From: an uncultured candidate division Zixibacteria bacterium
Lineage (GTDB): Bacteria > Zixibacteria > MSB-5A5 > GN15 > FEB-12
DNA length: 64,000 bases
NCBI GenBank assembly: GCA_963806185.1
Contig: CAWDXE010000006.1
Coordinates: forward strand, 1-64,000
Direction: 5' to 3'
In this document: positions 48,545 through 58,766 of the stretch, piece after piece
How the letters are laid out: every line of letters starts with the position of its first letter
Numbering within the stretch: the first letter of the stretch is position 1
Made by a program: the position numbers and the translations under genes
Notes under the pieces: generated by a model
Database searches by the model: none
Seen by the model: the letters and a program-made list of their open reading frames with translations, nothing else
Told to the model about the DNA's origin: nothing

Positions 48545-49819
48545 GTGAACTCGAAGGCTGAAACGATACTCACCTCCACCACTGCAGCCACGATTATGGC
48601 CTGTCGCTTCTGCAAGCGACCGCTTCGGCAATCATTAGTCGATCTGGGGATGTCTCCCCTCTGCGAAAGCTACGTTCCGCCGGAACGAGCCAACCAGATG
48701 GAACCGTTTTATCCCCTCCACGCCTACGTCTGTGACAACTGTTTCCTGGTTCAGCTCGACGAATACGTTTCCGCTCACGACATCTTCACCGAGTATGCCT
48801 ACTTCTCATCTTTTGCCGATAGCTGGGTCGAGCACTCAAAAAAATACTGTGAAATGATCGCCCGCCGCTGCAATCTCGGACACAACAGTCTCGTCGTGGA
48901 ACTGGCCAGCAATGACGGTTATCTGCTGCAGCATTTCCTGCCGCTGAATATCCCGGTATTGGGAATCGAACCGGCGGCCAACGTCGCCAAGGCGGCGGTC
49001 GAAAAGGGAATTCCCACACTCGTCGAGTTTTTCGGCGAACGACTGGCCACCCGGCTGTCCGATGAAGGGAAATACGCCGACGTTCTGCTCGGCAACAATG
49101 TTCTCGCTCAGGTGCCGGACGTCAATGACTTCGTCAAGGGGATGAAGATCCTGCTGAAGCTGCAGGGCGTGATCACCATGGAATTCCCTCATCTGATGAA
49201 ATTGATAGAGGAAAACCAGTTCGATACGATCTACCACGAGCACTTTTCGTATTTCTCATTTGTCACGGCTGAAAAGATCTTTGCCGCTCATGGCCTGACC
49301 ATATTCGACGTGGAAGAACTTCCGACCCACGGCGGTTCACTGCGCATTTATGCCCGGCATACCGGAGACCAGTCCAAACCGGTCTCGGCGCGCGCGATCG
49401 AAATGCGCGGGCGGGAACTGGCCGCTGGGGTAACCTCGATGAAGTACTACGCCGACTTCACGGAAAAGGTCAAAGAGACCAAGCGAAAACTGTTGAGCTT
49501 CTTGATTGAAGCACGACGGGCAGGCAAGAAGGTGGTCGGCTACGGCGCGCCGGGCAAAGGGAACACGCTGCTCAACTACTGCGGCATCCGCACCGATTTC
49601 GTTGAGTTCACCGTCGATCGCAATCCATACAAGCAGGGGAAATTTCTTCCCGGCACGCGCATTCCGATCTTCGCGCCGGAGAAAATTGCCGAAGCACGAC
49701 CCGATTATGTGTTGATTCTGCCCTGGAATTTCAAGGATGAAATTATCAAGCAGAATGCCTACATTCGGGAATGGGGCGGACAATTCGTGGTGCCGATCCC
49801 TGAAGTCACTGTCCTATGA
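48545..49819 (+). CDS. NDP-sugar C-methyltransferase-type protein
   Basis: CRFC...CDNC zinc site, ELASNDGYLL, FDTIYHEH, THGGSLR, GYGAPGKG, ILPWN. Confidence 0.9.
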   Translation: MNSKAETILTSTTAATIMACRFCKRPLRQSLVDLGMSPLCESYVPPERANQMEPFYPLHAYVCDNCFLVQLDEYVSAHDIFTEYAYFSSFADSWVEHSKKYCEMIARRCNLGHNSLVVELASNDGYLLQHFLPLNIPVLGIEPAANVAKAAVEKGIPTLVEFFGERLATRLSDEGKYADVLLGNNVLAQVPDVNDFVKGMKILLKLQGVITMEFPHLMKLIEENQFDTIYHEHFSYFSFVTAEKIFAAHGLTIFDVEELPTHGGSLRIYARHTGDQSKPVSARAIEMRGRELAAGVTSMKYYADFTEKVKETKRKLLSFLIEARRAGKKVVGYGAPGKGNTLLNYCGIRTDFVEFTVDRNPYKQGKFLPGTRIPIFAPEKIAEARPDYVLILPWNFKDEIIKQNAYIREWGGQFVVPIPEVTVL

Positions 49820-50370
49820 AGTTTATCGAAACATCTATCCCGGGCGCCTTTGTCATTGATCCGGAGCGACTCGAAGACGAGCGCGGCTTTTTTGCCCGCT
49901 CCTGGTGCCGCGAAGAATTCGAAGCACACGGCTGCAATGCCGATCTGGCCCAGTGCAATATCTCGTTTAATCGCCGCAAGGGAACACTCCGGGGGATGCA
50001 TTACCAGGCTGCACCGCACGAGGAAGCCAAGCTGGTGCGCTGCACGCTGGGGGCAATTTACGACGTGGTGCTGGATCTTCGCCCCTCATCATCGGCATAC
50101 CTGAAACACTTCGGCGTGGTGCTTTCGGCCCAGAATCGCAGTATGCTGTACCTGCCCGAGGGAACCGCGCACGGTTTCCTGAGCCTCGAAGATAACACCG
50201 AGATCTTCTACCAGATGTCGTCCCTCTATGCACCCGGCGCGGCGCGCGGCTATCGGCACAATGACCCGGCCTTTGCCATAAAGTGGCCCGATGAGGTGGT
50301 CGTAATTTCCGAACGCGATCGCACCTATCCCGATTTCGCCGGCGTCCAATCGAAACGACAGACCATATGA
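49816..50370 (+). CDS. rfbC: NDP-4-keto-6-deoxyhexose 3,5-epimerase
   Basis: DERGFF, GTLRGMHYQ, KLVRC, DLR, AHGF. Confidence 0.9.
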   Translation: MKFIETSIPGAFVIDPERLEDERGFFARSWCREEFEAHGCNADLAQCNISFNRRKGTLRGMHYQAAPHEEAKLVRCTLGAIYDVVLDLRPSSSAYLKHFGVVLSAQNRSMLYLPEGTAHGFLSLEDNTEIFYQMSSLYAPGAARGYRHNDPAFAIKWPDEVVVISERDRTYPDFAGVQSKRQTI

Positions 50371-51692
50371 ACCCGCCACTGCCGTTCAACCGACTCATCG
50401 AGTCGCTCGACCTGACCTCGTCCGGTCAACGGATGTACCGTCGTATCGCCGATCTCTACCCCATCTGTCGCAGCATCACCGGGCAGGGGATTCGCGACAC
50501 GCTCGACTACATCAAGCGCGAAATCGCATTGACCATACATCAGGTTCCCACCGGCACGCCCGTGCTCGACTGGACTGTTCCTCGCGAGTGGAATATTCGC
50601 GACGCCTACGTGATGAACTCTCGCGGCGAGAAGATCATCGATTTCAAGAAACATTCGTTATACATTCTCAATTACAGCGTCCCCTTCCGTGGTACGCTAA
50701 CGCGAGCGGAACTCCTGCCGCATCTGCATTCATTGCCGGAACAGCCGAGTCTGATCCCCTACCGGACGTCGTACTACAAAGAAGCCTGGGGCTTCTGCCT
50801 GCCGCATCGGCTGAAAGATTCGCTGCCGGAAGATACGTACGAAGTCGTCGTGGATTCTTCACTCGCCGACGGCCACCTGACCTACGGCGAGCTGGTTTTG
50901 AGAGGAGAAACGACCGATGAGATCCTTTTCTCCTGCCATACTTGCCATCCGTCGCTGGCCAACGACAATCTCTCCGGCGTCGCACTCGTGACTGAATTGG
51001 CCACCATCCTGAGTACGGCCAAACGCCGACATACCTACCGGTTTCTTTTCATCCCCGGGACGATCGGCGCTATCACGTGGCTGGCACGCAATGAGGCGAG
51101 TGTATCCACGATCAAGCACGGTCTCGTGGTCGCCTGCGTCGGTGATTCCGGCCCGATGAATTACAAGCGAAGTCGTCAGGGGAAAGCCGACATTGACCGC
51201 GCAGTCGAGCATGTTCTCAAACATCGCGGTCAACCGTTTGCGATTCGCGACTTCTCGCCGTATGGGTATGATGAACGTCAGTACTGCTCCCCCGGCTTCA
51301 ATCTACCGGTGGGATCGCTGACCCGGACCCCTCATGGTCAGTTCCCCGAATACCATACGTCGGCCGACAATTTGGACTTCGTCCGTCCGGAGGCACTCGC
51401 TGATTCACTCGGCGCCTATCTGACGGTTCTTGAGACGCTCGACGGGGACGCTCGCTATCGCAACCTTAACCCTAAGGGAGAACCACAGTTAGGCAAGCGC
51501 GACCTCTACCGGGCGATGGGCGGCCTACCCGACGCCGGTCGGCAGGAACTGGCTATGTTGTGGGTTCTCAATTTGTCCGATACCTTCCATACGCTTCTGG
51601 ACATTGCCGAACAGGCAAATTTGCCGTTTCGGCTGATCCGGCAGGCCGCCAGTTTACTCGAGGAACACAAACTCCTCGAAGCGGTTACGTGA
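50367..51692 (+). CDS. DUF4910 domain protein (aminopeptidase-like fold + wHTH)
   Basis: PICRSITG, DWTVPREW, PYRTSYY, CHPSLANDNLSG, DERQYCSPG, YHTSAD. Confidence 0.88.
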   Translation: MNPPLPFNRLIESLDLTSSGQRMYRRIADLYPICRSITGQGIRDTLDYIKREIALTIHQVPTGTPVLDWTVPREWNIRDAYVMNSRGEKIIDFKKHSLYILNYSVPFRGTLTRAELLPHLHSLPEQPSLIPYRTSYYKEAWGFCLPHRLKDSLPEDTYEVVVDSSLADGHLTYGELVLRGETTDEILFSCHTCHPSLANDNLSGVALVTELATILSTAKRRHTYRFLFIPGTIGAITWLARNEASVSTIKHGLVVACVGDSGPMNYKRSRQGKADIDRAVEHVLKHRGQPFAIRDFSPYGYDERQYCSPGFNLPVGSLTRTPHGQFPEYHTSADNLDFVRPEALADSLGAYLTVLETLDGDARYRNLNPKGEPQLGKRDLYRAMGGLPDAGRQELAMLWVLNLSDTFHTLLDIAEQANLPFRLIRQAASLLEEHKLLEAVT

Positions 51693-51737
51693 ACAAACAA
51701 GCGCCGCACTAAGGTGGGCGCCAAATATAGGTCCGGC

Positions 51738-53115
51738 ATGGCAAGCAACAGTCGATCGAGCGCAGAACTCGGCAACCAGATCAATCCGGTCACCAACGAT
51801 CCGGAGTGGCTGAGGTTTGCCAAATCCCGATCATTGCAGGAGCGTTGTCATTGGGTCATTCCCGGCGGCGGACATACGTATGCCAAGGGTGACGATCAGT
51901 ACCCCGTCAATGCCCCCGCCTATCTGGTGCGCGGCGAAGGGTGCCGGGTCTGGGATGTCGACGGTAATGAGTTTATCGAATATGGCATGGGGCTCCGGAC
52001 GGTCACGATAGGCCACGCCTATCGACCGATAGTCGAGGCGGCTTATAAGCAAATGTTGCTCGGCATAAATTTCACCCGCCCCGGCACCATTGAACTTGAA
52101 GCGGCGGAGAAACTGCTCGAAATGGTCCCGGCCGATATGGTCAAATTCGCCAAAAACGGCTCCGACGTCACTACTGCTGCGGTCAAGCTGGCCCGCGCCT
52201 ATACCGGACGGGACATGGTAGCCATCTGCGCCGATCACCCCTTCTTTTCCATCGACGATTGGTTTATCGGCTCGACCAACATGAACGCCGGCATTCCCAA
52301 GGCCATTTCTGATCTGACCGTGCGGTTCCGCTTCAACGATACGGCGTCATTGAAGCGTCTCTTCGACGAGCACGCTGGAAAGATCGCTTGTGTCATGCTT
52401 GAGGCCGAAACAGCTATTGCTCCGGCTCCGGGTTTCCTGGAGATCGGTTCAGCAGCTTTGCCGGCAGAATGGCGCAGTTTTCATCCTCGACGAAATGATT
52501 ACCGGCTTCCGGTGGCATAACGGTGGAGCGCAGACCGTCTATAGGCTCACACCTGACCTCGCCACCTTCGGCAAAGCGACCGCCAACGGCTTTTCCGTCT
52601 CCGCTCTGGTGGGACGGCGCGACATCATGGAACTGGGCGGACTCACCACCGACAAGGAACGAGTCTTCCTGCTGTCTACCACGCATGGCGCCGAGCAACA
52701 TGCCCTGGCGGCCTGTATGGCAACGATAGAGCTATATGAGCGGGAAGACGTGGTCGGCTTCCTGCATCGTCAGGGAGACCGGCTCCGTGAGGGGATTACG
52801 CAAGTCGCCGGCGGACTTGGCATCGGCGACCATTTTCAGGTCCTGGGGAGGAGCTGTAATCTGGTATTCGCCACACGCGATGAGAAGAAGAACCCGTCGC
52901 AGCCGTTCCGGACGCTTTTCCTTCAGGAGATGATTCGCCGGGGATTCCTGACACCTTCGCTGGTGATCAGCTATTCTCATACGGACGACATAGTTGACAG
53001 GACGATTGCGGCGGTCGGCGAAGCGCTGGACATCTACAAACGGGCGCTGGACGAGGGGATAGACAAGTATCTGGTGGGGCGACCGGTCAAACCGGTATTC
53101 CGGAAGTACAATTGA
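51738..53115 (+). CDS. Class III aminotransferase, glutamate-1-semialdehyde aminomutase-like (frameshift ~52440)
   Basis: HTYAKGDDQ, DVDGNEFIEY, KNGSD, DEMITGFR, TFGKATANG. Confidence 0.85.
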
Positions 53116-53229
53116 CAGAACCACTTTTGGCCTATACACTTACCGTGTCGGCCAGTCTTTCTCCTCACAGCCGAACGAAATTGAGACCGGCCCGATAGCG
53201 GGCATTTAGGACAAACAAGGAACGAACGC

Positions 53230-54025
53230 ATGAAAGTAGTCCTCTTCTGCGGCGGCCTGGGAACGCGCCTCCGCGAATACTCCGACACGATTCCCAAACC
53301 GATGGTCAACATCGGCTACCGTCCCATTATCTGGCACGTTATGAAGTACTACGCCCACTACGGCCATAAGGACTTCATCCTCTGCCTCGGATACCGGGGG
53401 GACGTCATCAAGGACTACTTCCTGAAATACGACGAGTGCCTTTCCAACGACTTCATGCTCATTCGGGGTGGGCGCGAAGTGAAGCTGTACAACAGCGACA
53501 TCTCCGAATGGAATATCTCGTTTGTCGACACCGGCCTGCACAGCAACGTCGGTCAGCGCCTCAAAGCCATAGAACCGTACCTCGACGGCGAGGAGACTTT
53601 CTTCGCCAATTACAGCGACGGCGTCGCCGATTTCGATCTCAATGACGAGATTGCGTTTTTCAGGGATCAGAACAAGGTCGGTTGTTTCCTGGCCGTTCAG
53701 CCTCCGCAGACGTTTCACATTGTCGACGTGGCCGACGACCACCGGGTGAAAGAGCATCCAGCCGGTCGCCAAGACCAACATGTGGATCAACGGCGGTTTC
53801 TTCATCTTCAAGAAGTCGATTTTCGATCATATCAAGCCGGGAGAAGAGTTGGTCAACGAGCCGTTCCAGCGCCTGATCGCCGAGAATCAACTGGTGGCCT
53901 ATCGACACAAGGGATTCTGGGCCTGTATGGACACCTTCCGGGACAAGCAGATGTTTGACGAAATGAACGCCAAGGGGAACACGCCGTGGGAGATATGGAA
54001 AGCCGGTAACTCGACCCGCCGGTAA
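53230..54025 (+). CDS. rfbF: Glucose-1-phosphate cytidylyltransferase-like (frameshift ~53750)
   Basis: GGLGTRL...PKPMV, DTG, NYSDG, WINGGFF, GFWACMDTFRD. Confidence 0.85.
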
Positions 54026-54031
54026 AATATT

Positions 54032-54676
54032 ATGCATCGACTCGAGTTGACCGGAAAATCATCACTCCAATCTCTTTTGTGCCTTGGGGCGCACAGTGAC
54101 GATCTGGAAATCGGCTGCGGGGGTACGATACTCCGTCTCATTGACGAACACCCCGGCCTGCACGTCCACTGGGTCGTTTTCAGCGGTGATGACCGACGCC
54201 AACAGGAAGCACGCACCAGCGCCGGCCGATTTCTGCAGCAGGTGACGCAGACGGAAATTGAAATTCACCAATTCCGCGACGGCTTTCTCCCGTATGTCGG
54301 GGGCGAAGTCAAAGAGAAATTTGAATTGCTCAAGAAGAAGATTTCGCCCGACCTGATACTCACGCACTATCGCGAAGACCTTCACCAGGATCATCGCCTC
54401 GTCAACGAACTCACCTGGAATACCTTTCGCGACCACTTGATTTGGGAATACGAGGTGCCCAAGTACGACGGCGATCTGGGCCGCCCCAACCTGTTTGTGC
54501 CGCTGGACGACACTATGGTCAGCGCCAAGCTGCAGATACTCAACGACTGCTTTGGCAGCCAGCGCTCCAAACGCTGGTTCACCGACGAAACCTTCCTCGG
54601 CCTTCTGCGTTTGCGCGGTATCGAATGCGGCTCCCGCTACGCCGAGGCCTTTTACGGCCGCAAGATCACCATCTGA
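54032..54676 (+). CDS. PIG-L family deacetylase
   Basis: GAHSDDLEIGCGG, DLHQDH, YAEAF. Confidence 0.9.
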   Translation: MHRLELTGKSSLQSLLCLGAHSDDLEIGCGGTILRLIDEHPGLHVHWVVFSGDDRRQQEARTSAGRFLQQVTQTEIEIHQFRDGFLPYVGGEVKEKFELLKKKISPDLILTHYREDLHQDHRLVNELTWNTFRDHLIWEYEVPKYDGDLGRPNLFVPLDDTMVSAKLQILNDCFGSQRSKRWFTDETFLGLLRLRGIECGSRYAEAFYGRKITI

Positions 54677-54712
54677 TCCGGCTGGGGCGAGAAGGATGCG
54701 CCCAACTACCGT

Positions 54713-56149
54713 ATGAAAAAAGTGCTGATCATCGCTTATGATTTTCCCCCGACTCGCACCAGCGGCGTCTACCGCCCGCTCAAATTCGCGCGCTATCTGC
54801 CCGAATTCGGCTGGCAACCGGTCATCCTTACGGTCAGCAATTATCCTACGACTACGCTCGACGATTCACTCCTGGCGCAGCTCCCGGAAGGGACACCCAT
54901 CTATCGCGCCTACTCAATCGAACCCAAACGCTGGGAAAAAGCGATTTTCGCCAAACTATTCGGCAAAGCGATGCCAGTACCCGCTTCACCGGCTGGAGAG
55001 GCATTACCTTCCCCGCCGAGCAATCCGGAAAAGTCGAATACAGGAGGCTTTTCGCTCAAGACGTTGGTCAAGCGCGGCATCCTGTCGCCCATCAGCCGTT
55101 TCACCCATAGTTATCTGTACACCCCCGACGAAGTCGTCGGCTGGGTCCCTCTGGCGGTAAAACGCGGGCTGCAGGCGATTCGACACGAAGGCATCGACCT
55201 GATCATCTCGACGTCGCCGCCGGAAACCAATCATCTGGTAGGCCTCTGGCTTAAGCGATTCAGCGGCAAACCGTGGATTGCCGATTTCCGCGACCCGTGG
55301 ACAGACAATGTCATCAAGCAGGACAAGCCGCCCTTTCGACAGCGCCTTGAACGTCGGTGGGAGCAGAAAGTGCTCGAGCGATCGGACGCCGTCGTACATG
55401 TCGGCCACCGGTTTGCCGAGTTGTCGCGCCAGTCGTTTCCCTCGGTGGCTCCGGAAAAACACCGCGTGATCACTAACGGCTTTGACGAATCAGATTTCGC
55501 CGGGATGGACGGCGAGAAGATCTACGCCGCCAATCGAACCGCAGAACTCAATCTGCTCAATGTCGGAACCATTTACGGCGTCTCCGGCTTTCCTGCACTC
55601 CTGAAGGCGTTCGAGCAGGTGATCACGTCGCCCAACGTCAGCGGCAAAGTGCGGATCAATTTCATCGGCGAGCTGACCCCCGACCAGAAAGCCGCGCTGG
55701 GTCGCGAGCCGATCAAGAGCCACGTGACGTTGCACGGTTTCAAGAAACACCGGGAAGCGCTGACGGCGATGATGAGCGCCGATGTTTTATTGCTGATGCC
55801 GTCCGGAGCGGATCAACGCACCAACGATAAGATCGTCCCGGGGAAGTTGTACGAACTCATACGGATCGGGCGCCCGGTCCTGATGATCGGCTGGGAAGGG
55901 GAGTCGGCTGATATTGTCCGCCAGAGCGGCACGGGACGCTTTGTCTCGGCCGACCAGCCCGAACAAGTGGCGGCCGCTATCACGGACTTCGTTCGCCGTA
56001 AAGCCGACGGTGAACTGGCCGTAACGCCGCGACGGGATTTCGTTCGCCAATATGACCGTCGCCACCTCACCTCGAATCTGGCTGAGCTATTTGATTCCCT
56101 GAGCGGTATAACAACTTCCCGGCAGGATACGCCGGTGAAGGTTTCCTGA
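54713..56149 (+). CDS. GT4-like glycosyltransferase
   Basis: AYDFPP, STSPP, ADFRDPW, ITNGFD, PGKLYE. Confidence 0.85.
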   Translation: MKKVLIIAYDFPPTRTSGVYRPLKFARYLPEFGWQPVILTVSNYPTTTLDDSLLAQLPEGTPIYRAYSIEPKRWEKAIFAKLFGKAMPVPASPAGEALPSPPSNPEKSNTGGFSLKTLVKRGILSPISRFTHSYLYTPDEVVGWVPLAVKRGLQAIRHEGIDLIISTSPPETNHLVGLWLKRFSGKPWIADFRDPWTDNVIKQDKPPFRQRLERRWEQKVLERSDAVVHVGHRFAELSRQSFPSVAPEKHRVITNGFDESDFAGMDGEKIYAANRTAELNLLNVGTIYGVSGFPALLKAFEQVITSPNVSGKVRINFIGELTPDQKAALGREPIKSHVTLHGFKKHREALTAMMSADVLLLMPSGADQRTNDKIVPGKLYELIRIGRPVLMIGWEGESADIVRQSGTGRFVSADQPEQVAAAITDFVRRKADGELAVTPRRDFVRQYDRRHLTSNLAELFDSLSGITTSRQDTPVKVS

Positions 56150-56159
56150 GGATACACTC

Positions 56160-57662
56160 GTGCCCCAGTTGCAAGTCAAACAATTCGCCAGCGCCAGGAC
56201 ATTAGGCTACTTGCTCTTGTTTGGCGGCTCGATCTTGCTTGCCCTGGTCGGACTTTACACGGATTTTCTGATCCCGATCGGCCTGGTCATCGGCGTGCTC
56301 GCCCTGGTGCTGGTGATACGGAAGCCGTTTTGGGGCTTTATCATCTATCTCATCTTCTTTTTCCTGCGCCCGGCTGACCTGATCCCCGCGCTGGGTATCG
56401 TTCGCTTCCAGGCCCTGCTTCTGGCTCTGCTGGCGTCGTTGTGGGTCTATCGCGATTTCATTCGCGATCGCAAATCCTTCATCCTGCAGAAGATCGATTA
56501 CGCCATGCTCGCCTTCCTCGGCGCCATGTACATGTCGATGTTCACCACTATTTACGTCGCTGACTCACTTACCGTGCTCATCGATTTCACGCAGTTTGTC
56601 GCCTTCTACTTTCTGGCTGCATACATGCTGGATGATGAGCGCGATCTGAAGACCGTCATCGTTACCATCATCCTCTGCATGCTATTTGTCTGTCTCATCC
56701 AGATCTGGTCCTACTTCACGATCGGCCTCACGCCCACCACCGGTCTCGGCGGTTATGGCATTCACATCGGCCCGATCCACCTGTCCGCCGGACGCCCACT
56801 GGCCCCGCCCTCCGACAATGTCCAGGGGGTCGGCGGCTATTCGGCAGGATTCCTCGCCAACGCATCCGAATTGGGGCTGGGTATTCTCGTTACCTTTCCC
56901 TTCGTCTATTACCTCTTCAGTACGGCCGTCTCACGTGTATTCAAGTCTGTTCTTCTCGGAACGATGGGCGTCATGCTGGCCTCGCTCGTCTTCACCGGAT
57001 CGCGCGGCGCGGTCGTCGGCCTGGCGGCGGTGTTTCTCGTCATCTTCCTGAAGAGCCGGCAAAAATTGATACTGGCTCTCTCTGCCTGTGTCGTGCTGGC
57101 ATTGACAATTCCCCTGCTCCCCGATCGCTACATCAGCCGTGTCGAGAGTACCACCAGCGGTGAAGACGAATCCGCCAATATTCGTCTCACCTTGTGGACC
57201 GCCGGAGTGCATATGGTCATGGATCGTCCGCTGTTCGGCGTAGGCGTGAACAATTTCCCGAATGCGTACGGTGCCAAATATCGGCCGGCCGGCTCGCCCG
57301 CGTTGTATTGGGCACCGCATAACAATTTCGTTCAGGCGGCCACTGAAATGGGTCTGGTGGGTCTGACTGCATTTGTAATTATTTTTGTGGTGATCTATAA
57401 AGAAAACCGGCGCAATCGGCAGTTTTTGCGGCGTCTCCGCGGGAGAAACAAGTTCCTCGACGCCGTCACTCAGGCGATCGACGTCGCCGTCATCGGGTAT
57501 GCCGTCGCAGGCAGTTTCATCACCAGCACCTACTACCCGCATCTGTATCTGCTGGCCTTGATGGGACGTACGGTGTCCAAATCGATCGCCAACAGGTACT
57601 CGGAAGCCGATCTGGAACCAGAACCTCAGAGCAAACAGCTCCCCTCACCGGCTAATGCGTAA
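56160..57662 (+). CDS. O-antigen ligase / Wzy polymerase-like membrane protein
   Basis: TGSRGA, R...W, PLFGVG, HNNFVQ...EMGLVG; many TM segments. Confidence 0.85.
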   Translation: MPQLQVKQFASARTLGYLLLFGGSILLALVGLYTDFLIPIGLVIGVLALVLVIRKPFWGFIIYLIFFFLRPADLIPALGIVRFQALLLALLASLWVYRDFIRDRKSFILQKIDYAMLAFLGAMYMSMFTTIYVADSLTVLIDFTQFVAFYFLAAYMLDDERDLKTVIVTIILCMLFVCLIQIWSYFTIGLTPTTGLGGYGIHIGPIHLSAGRPLAPPSDNVQGVGGYSAGFLANASELGLGILVTFPFVYYLFSTAVSRVFKSVLLGTMGVMLASLVFTGSRGAVVGLAAVFLVIFLKSRQKLILALSACVVLALTIPLLPDRYISRVESTTSGEDESANIRLTLWTAGVHMVMDRPLFGVGVNNFPNAYGAKYRPAGSPALYWAPHNNFVQAATEMGLVGLTAFVIIFVVIYKENRRNRQFLRRLRGRNKFLDAVTQAIDVAVIGYAVAGSFITSTYYPHLYLLALMGRTVSKSIANRYSEADLEPEPQSKQLPSPANA

Positions 57663-57670
57663 GAAAGAAA

Positions 57671-58756
57671 GTGAATCTGATGGATACATCGCCCGCCGAC
57701 AATGACAACTCCCAGCTTCTCAGCCGCGTCGGTCATAATATTGAACCATGCACTGACCACGCGCAGTGGGACACCTTTGTCACCGGGAATCCCTCCGCGA
57801 CCCTTTACCACCTCTGGTGCTGGGGTGAGATCATTCAGGAAGCGCTCGGCCATCCTCCTACCCGGTTGATGGCAGGTGACGACGGCAATATTCGGGGTGT
57901 CCTTCCTCTTGTGCATATTCAGAGCAGGATATTCGGTTCTTCCCTCATCTCCATGCCCTTTCTCAATTACGGAGGAGTCGTGGCCGCCTCGCCGGACACT
58001 CGGGAAGCGCTGTACCGGCACGCCATCGACATGGCCAGGGAAAGAAACGTCTCGTTCCTCGAACTTCGCAACACCCAACCTGCCGAATCCACTCATCCGG
58101 TGAAGCTCGAGAAGGCCACCTTCATCATGCCGCTGACCGGCGACGAAGAATCGACATTGGCCACACTTCGCAAGGCCACCAGAAACCGGCTGCGGAAAAT
58201 GCTCGAGTACAATCTCGAAATCCGCCGGGGCGGCTTGGACATTCTCGACGATTTCTATCACGGCTTTTCCATCGCCATGAAAGAGCACGGAACGCCCGTA
58301 CTTCCCAAACAGTTTTTCCGAAGCGTGGTCAATCACTTCGGCGACCGGGCCGAGTTCTACGTTGCCTGCAAAGACGGCAAGATTGCCGGCGCAAAACTGA
58401 CCATCGTCTTCCGCGACACCCTTTACTCCATCTGGGGCGGCTACCCAAAAGAGTTCCGCAACACCCTGGCCAATTACCTTCTGTCATGGGAAGCGGTACG
58501 ACAGGCTATCAATAGGAAGATCAAATTCGTAGATTTTGGCAGATCAAATATCGAGTCCGGCCCGGCCGATTTCAAACGCCACTTCGGTTGCGAGCAGTTC
58601 CAGCTATACTGGGAGTATCCCTATCTTCCTTCCGGGAAACTGCCGGCGCTAAACCCGCAGAATGCGAAATACCAGACTGCCATCGCCATCTGGCGGAAGC
58701 TACCGTTGAGCGTGACCACCCTGGTCGGACCACACTTGTCCAGGAGACTGCCGTAA
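57671..58756 (+). CDS. FemAB-like GNAT protein of the type found in EPS/PEP-CTERM loci
   Basis: SMPFLNYGG, GTPV, DFGRS, FKRHFG, NPQNAKY..AIAIWRKLP. Confidence 0.85.
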   Translation: MNLMDTSPADNDNSQLLSRVGHNIEPCTDHAQWDTFVTGNPSATLYHLWCWGEIIQEALGHPPTRLMAGDDGNIRGVLPLVHIQSRIFGSSLISMPFLNYGGVVAASPDTREALYRHAIDMARERNVSFLELRNTQPAESTHPVKLEKATFIMPLTGDEESTLATLRKATRNRLRKMLEYNLEIRRGGLDILDDFYHGFSIAMKEHGTPVLPKQFFRSVVNHFGDRAEFYVACKDGKIAGAKLTIVFRDTLYSIWGGYPKEFRNTLANYLLSWEAVRQAINRKIKFVDFGRSNIESGPADFKRHFGCEQFQLYWEYPYLPSGKLPALNPQNAKYQTAIAIWRKLPLSVTTLVGPHLSRRLP

Positions 58757-58766
58757 CTGAGGCGCC

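Noticed and set aside
51738..53115. hemL for tetrapyrrole synthesis
   Set aside because: Embedded in a sugar-nucleotide operon; more likely a sugar-pathway class III aminotransferase.
17600..53800. Isolated frameshifts (BMC, activator, 21330, gpx, aminotransferase, rfbF) as programmed frameshifting or pseudogenes
   Set aside because: No consistent slippery motif; they hit unrelated, otherwise intact genes, as expected for sequencing indels.
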